A DNA stretch of 64,000 nucleotides from Candidatus Nomurabacteria bacterium. GTDB taxonomy: Bacteria > Patescibacteriota > Patescibacteriia > HK-STAS-PATE-3. Positions 39,300 to 47,047 of this stretch are shown here, in pieces; within the stretch, counting starts at the first letter, position 1, and every line of letters starts with the position of its first letter. A program made the translations under genes and the position numbers. The notes beneath the pieces were generated by a model. It saw only the letters and a program-made list of their open reading frames with translations, made no database searches and was not told where the DNA came from. The stretch spans positions 448,001 through 512,000 of the forward strand of contig CP060223.1 of assembly GCA_023898465.1 (NCBI GenBank), written 5' to 3'.

Positions 39300-39731
39300 T
39301 TAATGCTGACGAAAGGTCCAAAATTTATTGGCAAAAAAATTCCAAAATAGCACAATGAGCACTGACACTATCTTTGCATAAATATCGTGCAATCCTACTA
39401 CGACAACAAAAAACCAAAGTCCTAATTCGGTTAGTACTGCGCCTACCGCACTCACAGCGACAAAGCGAGTGTATTGCCGACGAAAGGCTCTTTGACGATC
39501 ACGAAAAGTCCAGCGCTTATTTAAGGTAAAGCTTAAACTTACTGCGCTTAAAAATGCAACCGCGTTTGCTGCTAAAAAGGGAACGTGAAAAAAACGAGTG
39601 AGCGAAAAATAAATACTAAAGTCTAGGCAGGTATTCCCAAACCCAACAACACCAAACTTAATAAATTGCGCCAGGCCAGGCCGGCGCTCAATGAATGGGT
39701 GTTGGCGAATGTAGTTAACAAGCTGCTGCAT
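39300..39731 (-). CDS. GtrA-family membrane protein
   Basis: 143 aa with 4 TM helices and FIKFGVVGFGNTCLDFSIYF...RWTF, the GtrA signature. Confidence 0.7.
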   Translation of the reverse strand: MQQLVNYIRQHPFIERRPGLAQFIKFGVVGFGNTCLDFSIYFSLTRFFHVPFLAANAVAFLSAVSLSFTLNKRWTFRDRQRAFRRQYTRFVAVSAVGAVLTELGLWFFVVVVGLHDIYAKIVSVLIVLFWNFFANKFWTFRQH

Positions 39732-42526
39732 TATCTTGGCTCAAAGTTTGCTCCAACGCTGATGCCACCGCGGAAAGCTGGATCAAAAGTAAACATTTGT
39801 TCAATGACACTTCCGTTACCATCAAAAACTCTCAGGTGTGGCCCTCCGCCAATCCCTGCACCCACAATGATATCGTCAGCCCCATCAGCATTCACATCCG
39901 CGCTCGCAATGCGTACTCCTCCGCGAAAATTCTCGGCAAAAGCGAAAAATTGAGACTGCACTTCCCCACTCGCATTAAATACTCGAACATGCGGTCCACC
40001 ATTACTTAAAGGAGCAACGACTATTTCTGATACGCCATTACCATCCACATCACCAACTGCCAGGTCTAAACCGATTCTAAAGTAGCTTGGGTAAGCGAAA
40101 AATTGAGAGACCAGTCCTCCACTCCCATTAAAAACACGCACATGTGGCCCACCGTTACTAATTGGCGCTACAACAATTTCAGGAATAGCATCCCCAGTCA
40201 CATCACCACATGCAACAGAGAGACCTATGCGAAAATATGATGGGTAGGCATAAAATTGACCGTATAAGCCTCCGCCGCTAAAAATGCGCACTTGGGGCGC
40301 TTTTCCTGCACCAGTACCCACAATAATTTCATCACGTCCATCACCATCCAAGTCGCAGGTTGCAATGCTTACTCCACCTCGATAACTTGGCGCATAGGCC
40401 ATAAACTGGTATTCCAAAGCCCCACGCGAGGAAAAGACGCGAATGTGTGGACCACCACTTGAAGCTGGCGCGCTTACAAATTCCATTAATCCATCTCGAT
40501 CAATATCACCTGAAGTAATATTCACTCCTCCAGTAAAGTTTGGAGCATAGGCCATTGTCTCCCATAGGAGACTCCCATCCTGACGCAAGGTTCGCACGGT
40601 TGGACTATGGTTGCTTAAAGGCGCGCTGAGTAGATTAACCCAAACGTCGTAGTTCATCGTATCAGTCGCTGTGCTCACTAACCCTGCCTGATCAGTGGCC
40701 TTCACTGTCACGGTGTTCAATCCCGGCCCTAAAGTAAGCACGCCGGAGTAGGTATTGCCATCACGAAAAGCAAGACGCCCATTCACGGTCACTTCAGCAA
40801 TTCCTGAATCATCGTCACGTGATACGCCAACGATATAATGACGTCGATTCCCGGTTGAGCTACCTGCAAAAGGATACGTTATGGTAACCGTTGGAGCCAG
40901 GGTGTCGATTTTTACTTCAAAGCTATGGGCACTTTCAATGTTGTCAGCAAGATCTTCGGCATAATATTCCACAGTTATATTACCTTTAGGCAAAGTCACT
41001 GCACTGGAGTATGTCTGCCAACTACCGCTATTAATGCGATAAAAAATTGCACTCACCCCAGCGGCATCATCGCTAGCGGACAATGTCATCTGCGGGGCTG
41101 TGCTATAAAAACCATTTTGGCCGTTTGGACTACTGGGACTGAGACTAGCTGAGGATACTGGCGGCGTAACATCAGTAGTGATAACAGACAAGCCGGCATC
41201 AATATCTAAAAGCCCGTATCCATACTCGAGATCATAGCCACTACTACCGAGGTCCTTAGCTGTTTCAGTAAGCACGCCTTTAGCATCAGCAGGATCAGCG
41301 CCGGCTGCTAAAAAGAGTGCTAAGGCAGCACTCACATGTGGAGTGGCCATCGACGTGCCCTGATAGCCCACATAACCAAAAGTGGTAAAATCAGCTGGTA
41401 GGCTATCCCCATCGAGGTTTGTGAATCCTTGCTGGATAATTGATGAGGAGCCATCCCCGCCTGGTGCAACCAAGGCGATATTTTGTCCATAATTAGAGTA
41501 CGAGGCGCGAGTATTTTGTGTGGTATTTCCGGTAGCTCCCACGGCAATAACTCCTGAGGTGCGAGCTGGGTATAGCAAGGTTGAGCTATTTGCATTTCCG
41601 GTAGCAGCGACCACTAGAATTCCCTGAGCAATAGCATCATTTACTGCGTCAGTCAGAGCCTGACTGTAGCTACTTGTTCCCAAGCTCATGGATATAATAT
41701 CAGCGCCGTGTGTTCGCGCATAATCAATCCCCTGCGCAATATCAGCAGTAGTACCATATCCATCTCTGGCTAAAACTTTAACCGGCATGATTGTGCTGTG
41801 ATATGCCAAACCCGCAGCGCCGAGGCTGTTATGTGTTGTCTCTGCTATGGTGCTACTTACATGTGTACCATGTCCATTATCATCATTCGGATGAGTATCT
41901 TCGTTTACAAAGTCATATCCAGTTGTGAAATTTGTGGCACTAAAATCTGGCGCTTTTGCATACTCTGCACCAGCTGATAAGCAATTACCCGGATTTTCTA
42001 CTAAACACTTCGCTGGGTTAGGGTCTGTATATGCTTGATAGGCAACGCCAGTATCTAAGACTGCGACGATAACACTCGGATCACCACCATGGGTTGGACT
42101 GCTCGTGTCATAATCCCAGGCCTGAGACGCTTTTACCTTTGTAAAATTCCATTGCTGGTTATACAAAGGATCATTAGGAGTGAAGGTTGCTCCTACTAAA
42201 TAATTTGGCTCTATATACCGAGTCTCAGGCAATGAGGCAAGTCTATCCTGCAAATCATTTGCCTCAGTTTCATTTGGTAATGAAAAAAGAAAACTCTGCG
42301 CACTTAATTGCTGCACAGTTAAGGAGGGAAAGGTCGAAAGTATAGTGGCGAGATGATCATTATCGGTAATAATGTCACCTTCCTCATTTGCACTTATACC
42401 AGTTGTGGTAAATCCCACAACCCGCTGACCAGGATATACAAACTGACTTTGCGCTTCTACTTGCGGACTAAAAAAACTGAAAATCCAAACTAGAACTATT
42501 CCGCCTATGAAGCGCCCCCATCTCAT
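39731..42526 (-). CDS. Secreted subtilisin-like serine protease (S8) with Ig-like domains and C-terminal FG-GAP beta-propeller
   Basis: Signal peptide MRWGRFIGGIVLVWIFSFFSPQVEA. Catalytic triad motifs AVLDTGVAY (Asp), HGTHVSST (His), GTSMATPHVSAA (Ser). About 7 C-terminal repeats of the form FRGGVSIATCDLDGDGRDEIIVGTG...PQVRIF, an FG-GAP/integrin-alpha-like propeller. Confidence 0.85.
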   Translation of the reverse strand: MRWGRFIGGIVLVWIFSFFSPQVEAQSQFVYPGQRVVGFTTTGISANEEGDIITDNDHLATILSTFPSLTVQQLSAQSFLFSLPNETEANDLQDRLASLPETRYIEPNYLVGATFTPNDPLYNQQWNFTKVKASQAWDYDTSSPTHGGDPSVIVAVLDTGVAYQAYTDPNPAKCLVENPGNCLSAGAEYAKAPDFSATNFTTGYDFVNEDTHPNDDNGHGTHVSSTIAETTHNSLGAAGLAYHSTIMPVKVLARDGYGTTADIAQGIDYARTHGADIISMSLGTSSYSQALTDAVNDAIAQGILVVAATGNANSSTLLYPARTSGVIAVGATGNTTQNTRASYSNYGQNIALVAPGGDGSSSIIQQGFTNLDGDSLPADFTTFGYVGYQGTSMATPHVSAALALFLAAGADPADAKGVLTETAKDLGSSGYDLEYGYGLLDIDAGLSVITTDVTPPVSSASLSPSSPNGQNGFYSTAPQMTLSASDDAAGVSAIFYRINSGSWQTYSSAVTLPKGNITVEYYAEDLADNIESAHSFEVKIDTLAPTVTITYPFAGSSTGNRRHYIVGVSRDDDSGIAEVTVNGRLAFRDGNTYSGVLTLGPGLNTVTVKATDQAGLVSTATDTMNYDVWVNLLSAPLSNHSPTVRTLRQDGSLLWETMAYAPNFTGGVNITSGDIDRDGLMEFVSAPASSGGPHIRVFSSRGALEYQFMAYAPSYRGGVSIATCDLDGDGRDEIIVGTGAGKAPQVRIFSGGGLYGQFYAYPSYFRIGLSVACGDVTGDAIPEIVVAPISNGGPHVRVFNGSGGLVSQFFAYPSYFRIGLDLAVGDVDGNGVSEIVVAPLSNGGPHVRVFNASGEVQSQFFAFAENFRGGVRIASADVNADGADDIIVGAGIGGGPHLRVFDGNGSVIEQMFTFDPAFRGGISVGANFEPR

Positions 42527-43743
42527 GTCGACAGTGAACTTAAGATAACTTTACTGTTTTGCGTTACACCGTCCCGTAAGTAATTTATATCCACTTCAGC
42601 GCCTATAGTCACGGACTGGAGTAATTGCTGCAAGCTGTGGGACTGGTCAATATTTTGACCATTCACGGAGATAATGATGTCGCCGTCTTGTAGACCCGCC
42701 TCGCTGGCCGGCCCACCCTCAACAACTGCTGGGTCAGCCGCGGTCCCTGCCAACAAAAACCCATCATTTCGCTGATTCGTTTGGCTCTCACTTAATCCTA
42801 CTGAGTTATGCAAATCATAACCATGCACACCTAATCGAGTCCGTGTGATAAGTCCTGAACTGGTATAGGCCTGAAGAGCTGTTCGTATATATACAACAGG
42901 GAAAATACGATTTGGATTTTCTTGTTGCAAATATATACCTTGCAGAGAACCGTTTTGATCAACCACAATTGACCCCGGGCTCACCGCCGCTTCTCCACTC
43001 AGCAAAATATCGTGGGATAAGACCTCGCTTGATTCAAGCGAAAGCGGATCACTGTTTATTGATGCATTTGCGCTGACTAACTGCGTACTACGAATTTGCG
43101 GCACTCCAAGTGATCGATTCGCACTTAAAATATATAGCCCTTGCCCGGCGTGCAAATCCGCAGCTACACCAAAGCTCAATACTTGGTATTGCTCTCCGCT
43201 CACTTGACCAAGGCTTAGATCGCTAATTGGATCATAGGCAAGAATACTTACGTCCAACTTTTTTCCTGCATTAGTATATGCGACAACCTGACCACTAATG
43301 GTACTTGCATTAACTTTTCCATCAAAAACAAAGATACCATCAGTGGTAACAAAAGCTCCTGTACCAAGGTACGTGTACTGAGTATCCTCAACTTGATATA
43401 CACTAAGGAGTGATTGAGTCACTCGGTCATAAAGCGCCTGCCTGTCTTGGTCAATCCGATCGGTGCTCCCTGTCTCCCGAATAATAACCTCTCGAGCCTC
43501 ATTTGAGGTTTCTGCGAGACGAATATCTCGCCAAAAAGGCCATTGAGGGTTCTGTTGATATAGACTATTGAGAAGTACCATCCCTACTGCCCCAGATAAC
43601 AAACCAAATAGAACCGTGAAAAGAAGAATAGAAATCCAAGAAACTCGTTTACTTGGTTGCTCAATTGTACTTTGGTTATAAAGCTTCTCAACTGAGGCTT
43701 CTTGGGAATATTTTGGGGATGTGGGAGCGATCTTTGGTTTCAT
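42523..43743 (-). CDS. Membrane-anchored trypsin-fold (HtrA/DegP-like) protein with C-terminal PDZ domain; catalytic triad uncertain
   Basis: N-terminal TM helix (ILLFTVLFGLLSGAVGMVLL). The PDZ-like GLQDGDIIISVNGQNI segment is near the C-terminus. The expected GNSGG Ser motif is replaced by AAVSPGSIVVD. ATGA overlap with the S8 gene. Confidence 0.5.
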   Translation of the reverse strand: MKPKIAPTSPKYSQEASVEKLYNQSTIEQPSKRVSWISILLFTVLFGLLSGAVGMVLLNSLYQQNPQWPFWRDIRLAETSNEAREVIIRETGSTDRIDQDRQALYDRVTQSLLSVYQVEDTQYTYLGTGAFVTTDGIFVFDGKVNASTISGQVVAYTNAGKKLDVSILAYDPISDLSLGQVSGEQYQVLSFGVAADLHAGQGLYILSANRSLGVPQIRSTQLVSANASINSDPLSLESSEVLSHDILLSGEAAVSPGSIVVDQNGSLQGIYLQQENPNRIFPVVYIRTALQAYTSSGLITRTRLGVHGYDLHNSVGLSESQTNQRNDGFLLAGTAADPAVVEGGPASEAGLQDGDIIISVNGQNIDQSHSLQQLLQSVTIGAEVDINYLRDGVTQNSKVILSSLST

Positions 43744-43753
43744 ACTTGTACAA

Positions 43754-44518
43754 CTAAACCCAGGAGGCGGTTCCTAATATAATCACGAGTAAGATAAATG
43801 ATAACACAAGAGGACGCAGTATCATGTTGCGTTCAATTTTCTCCTTTAATGCAGCCCGATGCATGGCCACCAAGGTGTAGTAAATGATTGTAATAACAGC
43901 TCCATTTACAATGAAATTTGTTGGAAAAAAGCTCATCACGATAAAGACCTCACTGAGCATGATGGAAAAAACAGCAAACCAGCGCCAACCCCGCACATCC
44001 AGGGTCTTTTTTACCCATAACATTTCATAAGAAACGCTCACGACTACTAAAACCCAAAAAGGCAAGAGCATGAACCAGTTAAATCCCAAAAAAACTATCA
44101 TTCCGTAAAGAGAGGCGCTGGCAAAGAACATAACCACTAACGCAAATCCATTTGAAAGGTTTTCTAAAGCAAAGGGTTGATATCTACCCGGCGAGTAGTG
44201 GTAATGAAAGATTTGTCGATAATAAAAACCAAGAGCAAACGGGATGATAATAGTGATGCCCCATCGAATAAATGACGAGGTGATAAACAAGACAATACTT
44301 TGACTACTGAGATATAACCAAAATGGCAGGATAAGAAGTGACCAAAAAGTTAGCGACCTCCACTGCCGTCCAGCTAGCAAATACACACTAAGGATATTCC
44401 ACACCGTGAGAATGGCGCCGATTATCCAAACTAAGCCAGGACGGAGAGTGAGGACAAACATCCCGCTAAGGAAGACTATTGTTGAAAAGGCTGGTAAAAA
44501 TCTAATAAACGCAAGCAT
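43754..44518 (-). CDS. Hypothetical polytopic membrane protein
   Basis: 254 aa with about 7 hydrophobic helices, in the same minus-strand operon. Confidence 0.4.
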   Translation of the reverse strand: MLAFIRFLPAFSTIVFLSGMFVLTLRPGLVWIIGAILTVWNILSVYLLAGRQWRSLTFWSLLILPFWLYLSSQSIVLFITSSFIRWGITIIIPFALGFYYRQIFHYHYSPGRYQPFALENLSNGFALVVMFFASASLYGMIVFLGFNWFMLLPFWVLVVVSVSYEMLWVKKTLDVRGWRWFAVFSIMLSEVFIVMSFFPTNFIVNGAVITIIYYTLVAMHRAALKEKIERNMILRPLVLSFILLVIILGTASWV

Positions 44519-44519
44519 G

Positions 44520-45137
44520 CTATATTCTTCCTAAACCATTTGGGTTATAACCGTTTTTTACCTCTTCGCCATCACTAAAACCGTCACCATCGCTATCTTC
44601 TTCAGTCGGATCAGTTTGATATACATACACCTCTAGAAGGTCGTTTAAGCCATCACCATCGGTGTCGCTTTTCTCTGGGTCAGAGCCATATTGCGCCTCT
44701 AGACGATCGAGTAGTCCATCATTATCTGTATCGGTTCGATATGACACCGAGCTATTTACATTACTCGTATTCGTATTTTGATTTACTGCCCTACTGCTTG
44801 ATGTAGCACTCGTCTGAGTTTGCTGGACTTCACTTGCATTTGTTCCTGGTTGACGTTCAGGTAAAATTCGACGGATCGAATCTTGTAATGCATTCGTGGT
44901 GGAATTTGTTGTTGCTTCAGAGTCATCTTTTTTTGGCACGAGTAAAAGAATTCCACCCCCAACTATTACAATCCCGCTGAGAGAAAGGAGTAGCATGGTA
45001 AATACCCGAGGACTCTTGGGCGATATAACTTTCTTAACATCTGGCTCACTAAATGCGACTGGTTCATCAGGCAAACCAGGACTGTTCAGGGTCCCGCGAG
45101 AGTCGTCGTGCTCAAATTCTGAGTTGGTCTCGGGCAT
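44520..45137 (-). CDS. Membrane-anchored protein with S/T/N-rich linker and C-terminal thrombospondin-type-3-like Ca-binding repeats, paralog 1
   Basis: TM helix VFTMLLLSLSGIVIVGGGILLLV, a low-complexity TTNSTTN...SATSSS stretch, then DTDNDGLLD, DTDGDGLNDLLE and DSDGDGFSDGEEVKNGYNP. Confidence 0.55.
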   Translation of the reverse strand: MPETNSEFEHDDSRGTLNSPGLPDEPVAFSEPDVKKVISPKSPRVFTMLLLSLSGIVIVGGGILLLVPKKDDSEATTNSTTNALQDSIRRILPERQPGTNASEVQQTQTSATSSSRAVNQNTNTSNVNSSVSYRTDTDNDGLLDRLEAQYGSDPEKSDTDGDGLNDLLEVYVYQTDPTEEDSDGDGFSDGEEVKNGYNPNGLGRI

Positions 45138-45143
45138 AGCTCA

Positions 45144-45863
45144 TTAACTCTCGAGTCGACCGGATCCCAGAGGGCTATATCCGTTATTTACCTCTTCACC
45201 ATCCAAATAGCCGTCGCCATCGGAATCAGGGTTCAATGGATCGGTGTTATATATGTACACTTCTTTAAAATCGCCAAGATCGTCTCCATCGCTATCACTT
45301 AGGGTTGGATCAGTACCAAGAGCAGCCTCTTGCGTATCAGTTATGCCATCTCTGTCAGTATCAACGTTGGAATTTGTGTTTTGCGCACTGCTGTTTTGAT
45401 TCGACTGATTTGTACTTGTGTTCGTGTTTGACGTATTTGTAGCCTGATTAGCATTTGAGGTGTTTGTATTTGTGGTAAATTCGGTACCAGTATTCAAATT
45501 ACTCGTATTAGTATTGCTTGTGCGATTTACCACAGTGTTACTTGCCTGATTGCTTACCGTATTGGTCGTTTCTGTATTTACATTAGTATTGGTGTCGCTG
45601 GGTAAAAAGAAGAAGTAATATGCAGCCGCTCCACCCGCTACCACCACCAGGATAACGAGGAGTACCCAAAGCCAAGCCTTAGATCCTTTTTTAGGTGGAG
45701 GCGTTTGTGCCTGCCACTGAGGCTGAGGCGGAGTATTTTGATTTTGTTGCGGAATAAAGGGATTTTGAGGTGCTGGCGGAGGTGTAGCTTGTGGAAAACT
45801 TGGAGCTGCACGCATGCCTTGATCTGGCTGCGCTGTTGGTGTTGACTCTTGGTTCTCAAACAT
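45144..45863 (-). CDS. Membrane-anchored P/Q-rich and T/N-rich protein with C-terminal TSP3-like repeats, paralog 2
   Basis: Start at ATG (rc of 45861-45863). PQ-rich N-terminus, TM helix AWLWVLLVILVVVAGGAAAYYFFFL, (NTNTSN)n region, then DTDRDGITD, DSDGDDLGDFKE and DSDGDGYLDGEEVNNGYSP. C-terminus homologous to paralog 1. Confidence 0.55.
   Translation of the reverse strand: MFENQESTPTAQPDQGMRAAPSFPQATPPPAPQNPFIPQQNQNTPPQPQWQAQTPPPKKGSKAWLWVLLVILVVVAGGAAAYYFFFLPSDTNTNVNTETTNTVSNQASNTVVNRTSNTNTSNLNTGTEFTTNTNTSNANQATNTSNTNTSTNQSNQNSSAQNTNSNVDTDRDGITDTQEAALGTDPTLSDSDGDDLGDFKEVYIYNTDPLNPDSDGDGYLDGEEVNNGYSPLGSGRLES
45390..45600. repeat. Imperfect tri/hexanucleotide low-complexity tract (gtattt/tgtgtt-like) encoding the T/N/S-rich linker
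   Basis: Visible runs such as ttgtgttcgtgtttgacgtatttgtagcctgattagcatttgaggtgtttgtatttgtgg within the coding region of paralog 2. Confidence 0.5.
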
Positions 45864-46032
45864 ACAAATCCCCTTTACATTAATTACAACGCCTTGAGTG
45901 TACCTGATTTTATAAAAAAAGACTAGAGAATAATATCGAGAGATTGTCAACTCTCTACCAAAAAGCCCCAGTTGGTACTGGAGCATGATTGGTATCGCCG
46001 GCTTACTAAGGAATTCGGCGAGAAGTTCTCAA

Positions 46033-46569
46033 CTAATGAAGATTGGTTTGCAACTGAGCCTTTTGTAGGAGCTTCATTGCCTCGCTAGTAATTACCTGCA
46101 CCTTTTCCTCCCCTTTATCAACTATTTTTTGTAGCACTTCAAAGGGGTGTAGCTTGGTAAAGTTTCCTTGCACCACTTTCTTTGTTTGCTTCTGAATTGC
46201 TCGCGGCATAACTTTTACGACATCATTCATCATATGCTGAGGGGAAAAGATATATGCTGCAGTAACCTTACCACTGTGCATAATCGTCTGCAGACTGCTC
46301 TCTAACTGACGGAGAAACTTCACTCGCAAGGAAGCCTCCACATCTTCTCGCACCGCGCCAGAAGCAAGAGTTTTTCCACCTCGGCGTTTGGCAAAATGGC
46401 CCTCCTTATCTGAGTATTCCGGCGCCTCGATTCTATATGAGAGCACGTTTTCTATTGTGCCATTCATTGCCTCATAGAGCTCGAGGGATTTTGTCCCAGT
46501 CACAATAAACAAGGCGCGCTCATTAGTAAACTGAGGCAGTGTTTGCGTAATATGTAATCTTCGTCGCAT
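46033..46569 (-). CDS. Hypothetical protein, possibly eRF1-like/host-attachment-protein-like fold
   Basis: Start chosen at MRRRLHITQ (rc of cat 46567-46569) because a perfect AGGAGG SD lies 5 nt upstream; the track ORF begins at an upstream GTG. The pattern ...EGHFAKRRGGKTLASGAVREDVEASLRVKFLRQL...AAYIFSPQHMMNDV loosely recalls the Host_attach family. Confidence 0.4.
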   Translation of the reverse strand: MRRRLHITQTLPQFTNERALFIVTGTKSLELYEAMNGTIENVLSYRIEAPEYSDKEGHFAKRRGGKTLASGAVREDVEASLRVKFLRQLESSLQTIMHSGKVTAAYIFSPQHMMNDVVKVMPRAIQKQTKKVVQGNFTKLHPFEVLQKIVDKGEEKVQVITSEAMKLLQKAQLQTNLH

Positions 46570-46913
46570 AGATCCTCCTACATAAGTTAATAGTTTGAAG
46601 CTATCTCTATATGTATTACCTGAGGGCGAAGAGCATTCTTTCACTTCCACAATGGGGATGAAAAAACCGAGGAGGCAGTTGGCGTTCACTCGGATTCCCC
46701 TGGCGCAGCTGGTGCTGTAGTTGCAGTCCTTTGCTGAATAGATTGTATGTTTAGGTTACTCGCCACAAAAGCACATGTCAATATTGACGCTAGGTAAAAA
46801 CTCTTGTGCAATAATATTTTTTAGTTCGGGGAATCGAAAATCGCCTGCGAATGTTACAGCAGCTTCTTTGCTCTATGCAATTTACCCGTCTCAAGAAATA
46901 ATCTTCGCTGCGA

Positions 46914-46987
46914 TGGCTCGGGAGCAGGGACTCGAACCCCGGTTACTAGGGCCAGAACCTAGCGTCCTACCACTAGACGACTCCCGA
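46914..46987 (-). tRNA. tRNA-Gln (anticodon CUG), CCA encoded
   Basis: The rc reads UCGGGAG-UC-GUC-UAGUGGUAG-GAC-G-CUAGG-UUCUGGC-CCUAG-UAAC-CGGGG-UUCGAGU-CCCUG-CUCCCGA-G-CCA. It has a 7-bp acceptor with U1:A72 and G73 (Gln identity elements), anticodon loop UUCUGGC, and T-loop TTCGAGT. Confidence 0.85.
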
Positions 46988-47047
46988 ATCAACGCAGCGC
47001 GATAATGTACAGATTTCCCCTTATATCGTACAGAATACTACCCTACC

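Noticed and set aside
45390-45600. Possible CRISPR-like or tandem-repeat array
   Set aside because: The repeats are imperfect tri/hexanucleotide low-complexity within a coding region (T/N/S linker). There are no repeat-spacer units and no cas genes; not CRISPR.
46775-47005. 76-aa plus-strand ORF
   Set aside because: It completely overlaps the well-formed minus-strand tRNA-Gln (46914-46987) and has no coding features; spurious.
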